Shown one piece after another: positions 9,918 to 19,156 of a stretch of DNA of 64,000 nt. The position numbers were made by a program, and so were the translations under genes. Numbering within the stretch: position 1 is the first letter of the stretch; every line of letters begins with the position of its first letter. This DNA comes from Erysipelotrichaceae bacterium (GTDB lineage: Bacteria > Bacillota_I > Bacilli_A > Erysipelotrichales > Erysipelotrichaceae). The stretch spans positions 13,174 through 77,173 of the forward strand of contig JAZUIZ010000039.1 in NCBI GenBank assembly GCA_045642525.1, read 5' to 3'. The notes under the pieces were generated by a model that was not told the origin of the DNA, ran no database searches, and saw only the letters and a program-made list of their open reading frames with translations.

Positions 9918-11830
9918 TGGCTACAGTTCAAGGAATTTCTTTATTTATATTTTTAGTTACATTAATTTGTTGGCTTATTCCGAAGAAAATTAATTTGGAT
10001 GACAATACTGCTTTTATTGGTATGATGATATTTACTTTCTTATCAATCGTATTTGATTTGATATCTACTTATTTTTCATATTCATATATACTTGATTATC
10101 AAGTAAAAATCATATTGAGAAAAGTATTCTTGTTTTCGCTTGTTATTTCATTTTATTTTGAATTCTCATATATTGTAGGTAAAACATTTTCTGCAAAATT
10201 TGTTGAAAAATTTAATCAATATTCAATATTTGCTCCAATGATTAACACAATTTTGATTTCTATTCTTCCACTAGAAATTAAAGTTGTATATGATGGTTTA
10301 AGCAAGGGCTTAGAAATTTCAGGATTATCATTTGATATTGCTTATGTATGTGCTTTTGTATACCTTGTCGCAATTATTGTATGTATTGTTGCATTTGGAA
10401 AACGAATGAACAAATGGTATCGTGTAAGTTATATTGTTTCTATAGTTTTATGGACGTGTAGTACCGTTAGCAAATTCTTTACAACAATTACGGGTGTTGT
10501 AAGTATTGCAATATCTTTATCGCTACTTGTTATGTTTGCGATTGTTGAAAATCCATTAAATCACTACAATCATAAATATAATTGTTTTAAAAATAATTAC
10601 ATCATTAAATACTTAAATAGATTATGCCAATTAAAAGATAGCAACTTTGTAGTTTATATTGCACTAAAAGATACTGATAAAACAGTAGTTAATGTTGATC
10701 GTATGGAAACATTAAGACATTCATTAATTAATACTTTAAACAAATTAAAGGACACTATTGTATTCATTACAGAAGAAGAAGAAATAGTAGCTGTTTGTAG
10801 CAATATTGATGAATATGATTTTTATAAAAGAATTATTAAAGAACTAATAGAGAATTATTATAAAGAATGTTCTTTTAAGAGATATTTTAAAAGCATAAGT
10901 ATTTTCTTGGAAAACGTAATTTTATTTGATGATGGTGATGAATTAATGTCATATCTTGAAATTGAAGAAGATAGAAAAGAAGTTGTTCTTGGACATAATG
11001 TATTATTTGAAATTGATGAGGATGAAGTAATTAGATTAAAAACGGAAGATAAAGTTAAAAACGATATTATTGAAGCAATTAACGACGACAGAGTTGAGGC
11101 CTTCGTTCAACCAGTTTATTCTGTAAAAGATAATAGAATAATTTCGGCTGAAGCACTTTGCCGTATTAGAAGGGAAGATGGAGAATATATGCTTCCATAT
11201 CAATTTATTCCTATTTCAGAGAAATGTGGTTTGGATATCGCCATTGGATGTCGTATGACTGAAAAAGTATGTGGAATTTTTTCAAATCCAGAAACAAAAG
11301 ATTTATTTGATTCAATCGATATAAACTTATCTGTTGCTCATTGCGAAGAAGCAGATATGGCAAGTAAGATTATTTCAATTGCTAAAAAGTATAATGTTAA
11401 TCCTATTAAGTTAAATTATGAAATAACTGAATCTGGTTTTATTAATAAAATGGCAAACATTGAAAAGAACATCAAAGCATTGACTGATTATGGTTTTGGT
11501 TTCTCTTTAGATGATTTTGGAAATGGTGAATCTAATCTAAATTACTTAGTTACATTCCCAGTAGACTACATTAAATTAGATATGCATATGGTTTGGGCTT
11601 ATTTTGAAAATGATAAAGCTAAGAAAATTGTTCAAACAGTAATTAAAATATCTCACGATAATGATTTGAAAGTTATTGCTGAAGGTGTTGAAACAAAAGA
11701 ACAGTATGAAGAATTAGTTAAGCAAGGTATTGATTATATTCAAGGTTATTATTTCTATAAGCCAATGCCAATTGGTGAATATGTAAAAATTATTCAAAAA
11801 GAAAAAATGAAGAATCTTGATTTCAATTAA
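9917..11830 (+). CDS. Membrane c-di-GMP phosphodiesterase (degenerate GGDEF-like plus canonical EAL domain)
   Basis: All EAL signatures are present: SAEALCRIR, DINLS, YEITES, SLDDFGNGES, IKLD, AEGVET, QGYYFYKP. The start overlaps the upstream stop (TAATG). Confidence 0.85.
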   Translation: MATVQGISLFIFLVTLICWLIPKKINLDDNTAFIGMMIFTFLSIVFDLISTYFSYSYILDYQVKIILRKVFLFSLVISFYFEFSYIVGKTFSAKFVEKFNQYSIFAPMINTILISILPLEIKVVYDGLSKGLEISGLSFDIAYVCAFVYLVAIIVCIVAFGKRMNKWYRVSYIVSIVLWTCSTVSKFFTTITGVVSIAISLSLLVMFAIVENPLNHYNHKYNCFKNNYIIKYLNRLCQLKDSNFVVYIALKDTDKTVVNVDRMETLRHSLINTLNKLKDTIVFITEEEEIVAVCSNIDEYDFYKRIIKELIENYYKECSFKRYFKSISIFLENVILFDDGDELMSYLEIEEDRKEVVLGHNVLFEIDEDEVIRLKTEDKVKNDIIEAINDDRVEAFVQPVYSVKDNRIISAEALCRIRREDGEYMLPYQFIPISEKCGLDIAIGCRMTEKVCGIFSNPETKDLFDSIDINLSVAHCEEADMASKIISIAKKYNVNPIKLNYEITESGFINKMANIEKNIKALTDYGFGFSLDDFGNGESNLNYLVTFPVDYIKLDMHMVWAYFENDKAKKIVQTVIKISHDNDLKVIAEGVETKEQYEELVKQGIDYIQGYYFYKPMPIGEYVKIIQKEKMKNLDFN

Positions 11831-11942
11831 TCTAATACATAGTGGCAAAGATTTAATTGTTGAATATAGAACTGTTAATTTAAAGCAACTAGACCACTTT
11901 TTTTGTTATCTCAATTATAAATAAAGTGAAAGGAACAACGTT

Positions 11943-12632
11943 ATGGTAAAAATAGGAATGATTGTTGCTGTAGAAACGCACGCAATTTTCGAAAAGTATG
12001 GAAACATGAAAAGCATTGATGCTCCAAGTGGATTTGAATTATTTGAAGTCGATGATAATAATGTTAAACTATTTATCATGCATTGTGGTATGGGTACAAT
12101 TAACGCAAGTGCAGGCACACAGGTATTGATAGACAAGTGTAATGTTGATGTAATAGTAGACTTTGGCGTTGTTGGTGGATTGACTGAGGAAATGAAGGTT
12201 CAAAAGATAGTGGTCATTGATAAAATTGTTCATTATAGATATGATGCATCAGAATTTATGAATTTAAAAATAGGGCAGTTACCAGAGCATGATGATATTT
12301 ATGTATATACTGACCAGAAGCTTGTCGAAGAGGTTGTTAAAGTTGATCCAACAATAAAAAGGGCAACAATAGCATCTGGTGATAAGTTCGTTGCCAAGGC
12401 AGAAGATAAAAAATATATACACGAGAATTTTAATTGTGATGTATGTGATATGGAAGCTATTGGTATTGCTTTAACTTGTGAGAATAATAAAGTTCCTTGC
12501 TTATTGTTAAAAGCTGTATCCGATAGTATAACAGGTGGTGCTAAAGAATTCTGGAAAGAAATAAATGATGTTTCGCTTCATTGTTTAGAAATAACAATGA
12601 ATATCATTGATACTTTATATAACAAACAATAA
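11943..12632 (+). CDS. mtnN: Nucleoside phosphorylase-fold enzyme, MTA/SAH nucleosidase-like
   Basis: PNP_UDP_1-type motifs CGMGTINAS, GVVGG, CDMEAIGIA and LKAVSD. About 229 aa, typical of MtnN/Pfs. RBS AAAGGAA. The symbol is tentative. Confidence 0.65.
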   Translation: MVKIGMIVAVETHAIFEKYGNMKSIDAPSGFELFEVDDNNVKLFIMHCGMGTINASAGTQVLIDKCNVDVIVDFGVVGGLTEEMKVQKIVVIDKIVHYRYDASEFMNLKIGQLPEHDDIYVYTDQKLVEEVVKVDPTIKRATIASGDKFVAKAEDKKYIHENFNCDVCDMEAIGIALTCENNKVPCLLLKAVSDSITGGAKEFWKEINDVSLHCLEITMNIIDTLYNKQ

Positions 12633-12633
12633 A

Positions 12634-12656
12634 AGGGACATTTGTCCTTTTTTTGT
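12634..12656 (+). terminator. Weak intrinsic terminator after the nucleosidase gene
   Basis: Short GGGACA/TGTCC(T) stem followed by T7. Confidence 0.45.
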
Positions 12657-12681
12657 TATATGGAATTAATATCATGAATTA

Positions 12682-12726
12682 TTAAATTAAGAGGTTGTTG
12701 TATCAAATATCAACCTCTTAATTTAA
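12682..12726. repeat. Perfect 16-bp inverted repeat with a 13-nt loop
   Basis: TTAAATTAAGAGGTTG ... CAACCTCTTAATTTAA. No U-tract on either strand, so it is not a classic terminator. Confidence 0.8.
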
Positions 12727-12862
12727 CTGGACCAAGATAATTAGATTTTTTATCCAAATGGATCAGTATGATTATTTTAATAAATGTAAACGCTATCTTA
12801 TGAAAAAATTTTCATAGAATGTAAATAATGACATTACAAAGTGAAAAATTGGTGAAATTTTA

Positions 12863-12891
12863 TTGAAAAAGGGTTTTCGTTCTATTAAAAT
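12863..12891 (+). promoter_or_regulatory. Candidate sigma-A promoter of the opp operon
   Basis: TTGAAA (12863-12868), 17-nt spacer, TAAAAT (12886-12891). It lies about 28 nt upstream of the oppB start. Confidence 0.45.
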
Positions 12892-12918
12892 TATAATGTT
12901 ACTTATTAAAGAGGATTT

Positions 12919-13848
12919 ATGAATTCAAAAACTTTATTTTATATTTTAAAAAGATTAATTCTTGCAATCGTTACTGTATGGGTTGTCATTACAGTGACAT
13001 TTTTTGTAATGCATGCTGTTCCTGGTGGACCTTTTATGTCAGAGAAGGCAATATCTGCTAGTGCACAAGCTGCATTAGAAGCCAAGTATGGTTTAGACAA
13101 ACCTTTGCTTGAACAATACTTCACTTATTTGAAAGATGTTGTTACTAAGTTTGATTTTGGACCATCTTTGAAATTAAGAGGAAGAATGGTTATAGATATC
13201 ATTACTGATGGAATGAAAGTATCAATTAAACTAGGTCTTATTGCTGCCGCAATTGCGATTGTGTTTGGTATTGTATTAGGATCTATTGCTGCATTAAAGA
13301 GAAATACTTTCTATGATCGTGCAATTATGGTAATCTCTACTGCGTTTGTATCTATGCCATCGTTCATCATGGGATCACTACTGTTGATATTTTTAGCAGT
13401 TAAATTAAAAATATTCCCTGCAAATGGAAATGCTGCTGGAGGGACAATTCTTCCTATTATTACATTATCTTTATCACCAATGTCATACATCACTCGTTTG
13501 ACTCGTTCAAGCATGCTTGATGTTTTAGGACAAGACTATATTAGAACTGCAAAAGCAAAGGGTGTGCCAAAATGGAAAATTATTTTTGGGCATGCTTTAA
13601 AGAATTCATTAATTCCTGTTATTACATATTTTGGACCATTAATTGCAAATATCGTTACTGGTTCATTAGTTGTTGAAAAGATTTTCTCTGTTCCTGGAAT
13701 AGGAAGAGATTTTGTTAATAGTATTACTAATCGTGATTATCCGTTAATTATGGGGACGACAATTGTTCTTGCTGTTTTGATTGTTACTATGAATTTGGTT
13801 TCAGATATCTTATATAAAGTGGTAGACCCACGTATTAACTTAGAGTAA
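12919..13848 (+). CDS. oppB: Oligopeptide ABC transporter permease
   Basis: Typical OppB/DppB N-terminus (ILKRLILAIVTVWVVITVTFFVMHAVPGGPF) and the EAA-loop region YIRTAKAKGV. RBS AAGAGGA. Confidence 0.9.
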   Translation: MNSKTLFYILKRLILAIVTVWVVITVTFFVMHAVPGGPFMSEKAISASAQAALEAKYGLDKPLLEQYFTYLKDVVTKFDFGPSLKLRGRMVIDIITDGMKVSIKLGLIAAAIAIVFGIVLGSIAALKRNTFYDRAIMVISTAFVSMPSFIMGSLLLIFLAVKLKIFPANGNAAGGTILPIITLSLSPMSYITRLTRSSMLDVLGQDYIRTAKAKGVPKWKIIFGHALKNSLIPVITYFGPLIANIVTGSLVVEKIFSVPGIGRDFVNSITNRDYPLIMGTTIVLAVLIVTMNLVSDILYKVVDPRINLE

Positions 13849-13861
13849 GGAGGGAATAGTT

Positions 13862-14923
13862 ATGGCAAAAAAACCATTTTCGATGCATATAGATGTTGAC
13901 CAATTTCTTCCTGCTACTGAAGAAGAAAAGTCATATATTGTACAAATGAGACCATCTACAACTTTCTTTAAAGATGGTTGTAAGAGATTCTTAAAAAATA
14001 AAGTAGCTACTGCTAGTTTGATTATCATTATAATTATTACTTTAGCAAGTATTTTCATTCCAATGTTTTGGCCATATAGATATGAACAACAATTAGGTGT
14101 TACACCTGGAAAACCTGTTGATCCTTCATATGCAAATTTATCTCCATTCACATATGGAACAACTGAACAAGCATTAATTGATTCTGGAGAAAAGGTGTTC
14201 CCACACATATTCGGAACTGATTCTGCAGGAAGAGATTATTTCATTCGTATCGTATATGGAACTAGAATATCACTTTCAATTGGATTCTTTGCATCAATTA
14301 TTGTATTAATAATCGGTATTACAGTTGGCTCTATTGCTGGATACTGTGGTGGAAAAGTTGACTTAATTATTATGAGAATAGTTGATATTGTATATTCTCT
14401 TCCAGATACTTTGATGATTATTTTATTAGCTTCTGTATTAAAACAAACGAGTTTAGATACAGCAATTCAAGGAACGATATTTGAAAAGATTGGTTCCAAT
14501 ATCATTAGTTTGTTTATTGTATTCGCTCTATTGTATTGGGTATCAATGTCGCGTTTAATTCGTGGACAAATATTATCTTTGAGAGAACAAGAATATGTTC
14601 TTAGTGCTAAAGCAACTGGTGCTAAAGCTGGTTGGATTATTAAAAAGCATTTAATTCCAAACTGTATTTCAGTAGTTATTATTTCTACTGCATTGCAGAT
14701 TCCAAGTGCTATCTTTACCGAAAGTTATCTTTCATTCTTAGGACTTGGTGTTAATGCACCAATGCCATCACTTGGTTCATTGGCTTCTGAAGGTTTAAAT
14801 GGTATGAGCAGTTATTCATATCGTTTGGTTATACCAGCTATAGTTATCTCTTTGATTGTATTATCACTTAACTTATTTGGCGATGGTTTAAGAGATGCCT
14901 TCGACCCTAAATTAAATGCGTAA
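13862..14923 (+). CDS. oppC: Oligopeptide ABC transporter permease
   Basis: OppC-type N-terminal extension, GTDSAGRDYF motif and binding-protein-dependent permease core. RBS AAGGAGGG. Confidence 0.9.
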   Translation: MAKKPFSMHIDVDQFLPATEEEKSYIVQMRPSTTFFKDGCKRFLKNKVATASLIIIIIITLASIFIPMFWPYRYEQQLGVTPGKPVDPSYANLSPFTYGTTEQALIDSGEKVFPHIFGTDSAGRDYFIRIVYGTRISLSIGFFASIIVLIIGITVGSIAGYCGGKVDLIIMRIVDIVYSLPDTLMIILLASVLKQTSLDTAIQGTIFEKIGSNIISLFIVFALLYWVSMSRLIRGQILSLREQEYVLSAKATGAKAGWIIKKHLIPNCISVVIISTALQIPSAIFTESYLSFLGLGVNAPMPSLGSLASEGLNGMSSYSYRLVIPAIVISLIVLSLNLFGDGLRDAFDPKLNA

Positions 14924-14935
14924 GGAGGAATGAAG

Positions 14936-15946
14936 ATGCCACTTTTAGAGATTAAAAATTTGCATACAACATTCCATACAGACGCTGGCGATGTAAAAGC
15001 AGTTAATGGAGTGTCATATAACCTTGAAAGAGGAAAAGTATTAGGTATTGTAGGCGAATCTGGTTCTGGAAAATCAGTATCTGCATATTCAGTTATGCAA
15101 ATATTAGCTGCAACTGGTGAAATTGATCCCGAATCATCAATTAAATTTGACGATAAAGAATTAGTTGGTTCTGGTGAAAAGGTCATGAGAACTATAAGAG
15201 GTAATAAAATATCTATTATCTTCCAAGACCCAATGACTTCTTTGAACCCAACATATACAATTGGCCATCAACTAATGGAAGCAATTTTGCTTCATACAAA
15301 TCGTAATAAACAACAAGCAAAAGAAAGAGCGATTGAAATGCTTAAGCTTGTTAATATCAACGAACCAGAAAAGAGAATGAATCAATATCCATATGAATTC
15401 TCTGGCGGTATGAGGCAACGTGTAGGTATTGCAATGGCACTTGCATGTGAACCTGATATTTTGATTGCTGATGAACCTACAACTGCACTTGATGTTACAA
15501 TTCAAGCTCAAATCATTGATTTAATGATAAGTTTGCAAAAAGAACTAGGTATGGCAATTATTATGATTACTCACGACCTAGGAGTTATTGCCCAAATTTG
15601 TGATGAAGTAATCGTAATGTATGCTGGTTCAATATGTGAACAAGGAACTGCAGATGAAATTTTCTACAATCCTAAACATGAATATACAAAGGGATTATTA
15701 AGATCAATCCCAACTATGAAGACAAAGGGCAAAAAGTTAAGACCAATTTCTGGCACGCCAATTGATTTATTGAATATGCCAAAGGGTTGTCCATTTGCAC
15801 CTAGATGTGAAAATGCAATGAAAATATGTTTACATTCGATGCCTGAACGTATGCAAATAAATGATGATCATCAAGCAACATGTTGGATGAATGTTAAAGA
15901 GGGAATTGATTCTGGTGAAATTATTTTAGAAGGAGGAGACAAATAA
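14936..15946 (+). CDS. oppD: Oligopeptide ABC transporter ATP-binding protein
   Basis: Walker A GESGSGKS, signature FSGGMRQR, Walker [13 protein letters not shown], and a C-terminal oligopeptide-type Cys-rich extension. I moved the start to the ATG at 14936, 7 nt after AAGGAGG. The ORF-track ATG at 14930 abuts the SD. Confidence 0.9.
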   Translation: MPLLEIKNLHTTFHTDAGDVKAVNGVSYNLERGKVLGIVGESGSGKSVSAYSVMQILAATGEIDPESSIKFDDKELVGSGEKVMRTIRGNKISIIFQDPMTSLNPTYTIGHQLMEAILLHTNRNKQQAKERAIEMLKLVNINEPEKRMNQYPYEFSGGMRQRVGIAMALACEPDILIADEPTTALDVTIQAQIIDLMISLQKELGMAIIMITHDLGVIAQICDEVIVMYAGSICEQGTADEIFYNPKHEYTKGLLRSIPTMKTKGKKLRPISGTPIDLLNMPKGCPFAPRCENAMKICLHSMPERMQINDDHQATCWMNVKEGIDSGEIILEGGDK

Positions 15947-16935
15947 TGAGTGAAAAGAAAATGCCCCTTCTAGAAGTAAAACATCTAAAAGAATATTTTG
16001 ATATAAATGATGGATTATTAAAGACTAGACAACTTAAAGCCGTAGATGATGTTTCATTCTTTATTAATAAAGGTGAAACATTAGGACTTGTGGGTGAAAC
16101 TGGATGTGGAAAGACTACTGTTGGTAGAACAATTCTACATTTATATAAACCTACTGATGGTGAAATCATTTTTAACGGTAAGTCTATCAAAACTAAAAAA
16201 GATGTTCTTGAATTCCGTAAAAAAGCAACTATGGTATTCCAAGACCCATATTCATCATTGAATCCAAGAATGACGGTTGCTGATATTATTGGTGAACCAT
16301 TAGATGTTCATCATATGTACAAAACACAAGAAGAAAGACGTGCAAGAATTCTAGAATTAATGGATCATGTTGGACTAAACTCTGAACATGCTTCTAGATA
16401 TGCTCATGAATTCTCTGGTGGCCAAAGACAAAGAATTGGTATTGCTAGAGCATTAGCAGTTAATCCAGAATTTATTGTTTGTGACGAACCTGTATCTGCA
16501 CTAGATGTTTCGATTCAAGCTCAAGTAATCAATATGTTTGATGAATTACAAGAGAAATTTGGGTTAACATATTTATTTATCGCTCACGATTTATTGGTTG
16601 TTAGACATATATCTAATAGAATCGCAGTTATGTATTTAGGAAAACTTGTTGAACTTGCTGATGCTGATGAAATTTATGATCATCCACTTCATCCATATTC
16701 TCAAGCTCTTATCTCAGCTGTGCCAATGCCTGATCCAAAAATCGCAAGAGAAAATAAACGTATTATTTTATCGGGTGATATCCCATCTCCACTTAATGCA
16801 CCAAGTGGCTGTCCATTTAGGACTAGATGTCCTTATGCTTCAGAAAAGTGTGCGCAATCAATGCCAGAGTTTAAAGAATATAAACCTGGCCACTTCGTAG
16901 CTTGCCATAAAGTTGACGAAGATCATAGGTCTTAA
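15946..16935 (+). CDS. oppF: Oligopeptide ABC transporter ATP-binding protein
   Basis: Walker A GETGCGKT, signature FSGGQRQR, Walker [17 protein letters not shown] overlap with oppD. Confidence 0.9.
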   Translation: MSEKKMPLLEVKHLKEYFDINDGLLKTRQLKAVDDVSFFINKGETLGLVGETGCGKTTVGRTILHLYKPTDGEIIFNGKSIKTKKDVLEFRKKATMVFQDPYSSLNPRMTVADIIGEPLDVHHMYKTQEERRARILELMDHVGLNSEHASRYAHEFSGGQRQRIGIARALAVNPEFIVCDEPVSALDVSIQAQVINMFDELQEKFGLTYLFIAHDLLVVRHISNRIAVMYLGKLVELADADEIYDHPLHPYSQALISAVPMPDPKIARENKRIILSGDIPSPLNAPSGCPFRTRCPYASEKCAQSMPEFKEYKPGHFVACHKVDEDHRS

Positions 16936-16980
16936 CATTTGTTGATAAATGTTTAGATATACATTTTAGGAGGAAGAGTT

Positions 16981-18765
16981 ATGAAAAAAGTATTACTAGT
17001 TCTTCTTTCAGCATTAATGCTAGTTTCTTTAGCTGGATGTGGTTCATCAGAAAAGAGCAAGCACGAAGCTGGAGAGAACCCACTATCAGTTTGTATCGCT
17101 TCTGAGCCTGACACTATCGACCCTGCACTTAACTCTGCAGTTGATGGTGCTACATTATGTGCTCACTTATTCCAAGGCTTAGCTAAATGGGATAAGGAAA
17201 ATGGTAAGTTAGTTATCAAAGCAGATGCTGCTAAGGAATTAACTGCACCAGTTGAAAACGCTGATGGTTCTGTTACTTACACTTATACATTACGCGATGG
17301 ATTAAAGTGGAGTGATGGACAAGAATTAAAGGCAAGCGATTTTGAATTCGCTTGGAAACGTGCAGCTTCTTCTGCATTAGGAGCTGACTATGGTTACATG
17401 TTTGAAGTAGTATCAGGATATCCTGATGATTTAGCAGTAGTTGCAAATGATGAAGCTAAGACTATTAGTGTAACTTTACCAGTTGATTTACCATACTGGA
17501 ACGAATTAATGGCATTCCCAGCTTATTATCCTGTAAGAAAAGACATTGTTGAAAACGAAGCATGGTCTACAAAAGCTTCAACATTCGTATGCAACGGTCC
17601 TTACTACATTGATTTCTGGGGTCATAATTCATTAATCTGTTTAAAGAAAAATGAAAATTTCATCGATAAGGATAGCGTAACAATTGATGAAATTGACTTC
17701 TATCTTTCAGATGATACAAATGCAATGTTAGCTAACTTCCAAAACGGTAGCTGGTTAATGATTGATGATGTTCCTACAAATGAAATTGCTAACTTAAAGG
17801 CAAACAACGCTGATGAATTCTTCATTGAAGGACAAATCGGTACATATTATACTTGTTGGAATATCAATGAAAACATTTTACCTGAAGGCTCAACTTTAAC
17901 AGGTGTTGAAGCTGAAAAGGCTAAGGCTGAAATCAGACAAGCATTATGCTTGATTCTAGATAGAAACCACATTGTTAACGATATTACTCAAGGTGGACAA
18001 GTTCCTGCTTCTTCATTCGTTGCAATGGGTATGACTGATGCTGATGGTTCTGAATTCTATATGAATGCAGCTCGCGGTTATACACAAAACGCTGACTTCG
18101 CTGGTTACTATGATGTAAGAGTTGAAGCTCAAGAAACAAATGCTGCAAAAGCAATTGAAATCTTAAAGAAGTATTATACATTTGATGAAGCTTCTAAAAA
18201 ATTCACTGATTTCCCATCAATGACTTACTTATACAATACTTCTGATGCTCATAAGGCTATTGCTGAATATATCCAAGCTGCTTTCGCAACTTATGGTATT
18301 ACATTAAATCTTGAAAACCAAGAATGGAATACATTCTTAAATACTCGTAAAGATGGCGCTTACTCAATCGCACGTAATGGTTGGGTAGCTGACTACAATG
18401 ATCCAGTATGTTTCATTGATATGTGGACATCTGATTCTGGTAACAACGATGTTCAATTCGGTAAGGGTGCACACGCTGATTTAGCAATGTACGATTTAGA
18501 CTTAACTGATTTAGGCTTTGATGTAAAAGTTACTAACGGTAAATGGTCTGAAACATTCGATGTTCTAGTTAAATTAATTAAGGCAGAAAAAGATTCTGTA
18601 ACACGTATGGCATTAATGCATAAAGCAGAAGACATGTTAATGTCTACTGGATGTATTTGTCCATTGTACTTCTATACTGATTTATACATGCTATCTACAA
18701 AAGTAAATGGCTTCTATTCTAACCCATTAGGATATAAGTATTTCATGCATGCAACTATTAAATAG
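16981..18765 (+). CDS. oppA: Oligopeptide-binding lipoprotein (family 5 solute-binding protein)
   Basis: Lipobox LAGC, about 590 aa, with SBP_bac_5-like sequence throughout. RBS AGGAGGAAG. It lies last in the oppBCDFA order. Confidence 0.85.
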   Translation: MKKVLLVLLSALMLVSLAGCGSSEKSKHEAGENPLSVCIASEPDTIDPALNSAVDGATLCAHLFQGLAKWDKENGKLVIKADAAKELTAPVENADGSVTYTYTLRDGLKWSDGQELKASDFEFAWKRAASSALGADYGYMFEVVSGYPDDLAVVANDEAKTISVTLPVDLPYWNELMAFPAYYPVRKDIVENEAWSTKASTFVCNGPYYIDFWGHNSLICLKKNENFIDKDSVTIDEIDFYLSDDTNAMLANFQNGSWLMIDDVPTNEIANLKANNADEFFIEGQIGTYYTCWNINENILPEGSTLTGVEAEKAKAEIRQALCLILDRNHIVNDITQGGQVPASSFVAMGMTDADGSEFYMNAARGYTQNADFAGYYDVRVEAQETNAAKAIEILKKYYTFDEASKKFTDFPSMTYLYNTSDAHKAIAEYIQAAFATYGITLNLENQEWNTFLNTRKDGAYSIARNGWVADYNDPVCFIDMWTSDSGNNDVQFGKGAHADLAMYDLDLTDLGFDVKVTNGKWSETFDVLVKLIKAEKDSVTRMALMHKAEDMLMSTGCICPLYFYTDLYMLSTKVNGFYSNPLGYKYFMHATIK

Positions 18766-18804
18766 TTGATTGTAAATCATTTTAGAGTAGTTATAATATC
18801 AAAC

Positions 18805-18845
18805 AAAGTGGTTGGGAAATTTATTTCCGACCACTTTTTATTTTG
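18805..18845 (+). terminator. Intrinsic terminator after oppA
   Basis: Stem of about 14 bp, AAAGTGGTTGGGAAA / TTTCCGACCACTTT, followed by a T-run. Confidence 0.8.
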
Positions 18846-18901
18846 TTTGCTATTAACACAGATAAACTAGTGAAAAAATATAAAATTAACCAAAAATTAT
18901 A

Positions 18902-18930
18902 TTGACAGTAGATTATGCAGTGTTTAAACT
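18902..18930 (+). promoter_or_regulatory. Candidate sigma-A promoter
   Basis: Consensus -35 TTGACA (18902-18907), 17-nt spacer, -10 TAAACT (18925-18930). Confidence 0.5.
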
Positions 18931-18957
18931 AATATTAAGCAAGAAAGGGGACAAATT

Positions 18958-19059
18958 ATGATTAAAAATTTACATAATTTTACTTATTTGATTGCTGAAA
19001 AGTTGGCTATTATTATTAACGATTTTTTAGTCTTACGTAGAATGATATTTTTTGCATAG
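18958..19059 (+). CDS. Candidate 33-aa small ORF (MIKNLHNFTYLIAEKLAIIINDFLVLRRMIFFA)
   Basis: Absent from the ORF track because it is too short. The ATG lies 7 nt after AAAGGGGA, downstream of the TTGACA promoter and upstream of a terminator hairpin. I have no homology evidence. Confidence 0.35.
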   Translation: MIKNLHNFTYLIAEKLAIIINDFLVLRRMIFFA

Positions 19060-19094
19060 TCGTTAATTAAAAGTAATATAAGCCATTGAATAAT

Positions 19095-19138
19095 AAAAAA
19101 AGATGGGTTTGATATTACAAAAGCTCATCTTTTATTTT
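19095..19138 (+). terminator. Terminator or attenuator hairpin immediately upstream of the liv binding-protein RBS
   Basis: AGATGGG/CTCATCT outer stem (7 bp including one G-U) plus a TTTG/CAAA inner stem, then TTTTATTTT. The livJ-like SD GAAGGGGGA starts 4 nt later. Confidence 0.55.
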
Positions 19139-19156
19139 ATTGAAGGGGGAATGTGT

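Noticed and set aside
11840-11905. Possible terminator after the canonical EAL gene (AGTGG...CCACT followed by T7).
   Set aside because: The stem is only about 5 bp around a 45-nt or longer, poorly paired loop. The T-run is suggestive, but I cannot support a defined hairpin by eye.
19103-19156. ORF-track start at 19103 for the liv binding protein (MGLILQKLIFYFIEGGMC...).
   Set aside because: This extension runs through the terminator hairpin and the SD. The ATG at 19157 is correctly spaced from GAAGGGGGA and begins a canonical lipoprotein signal peptide.
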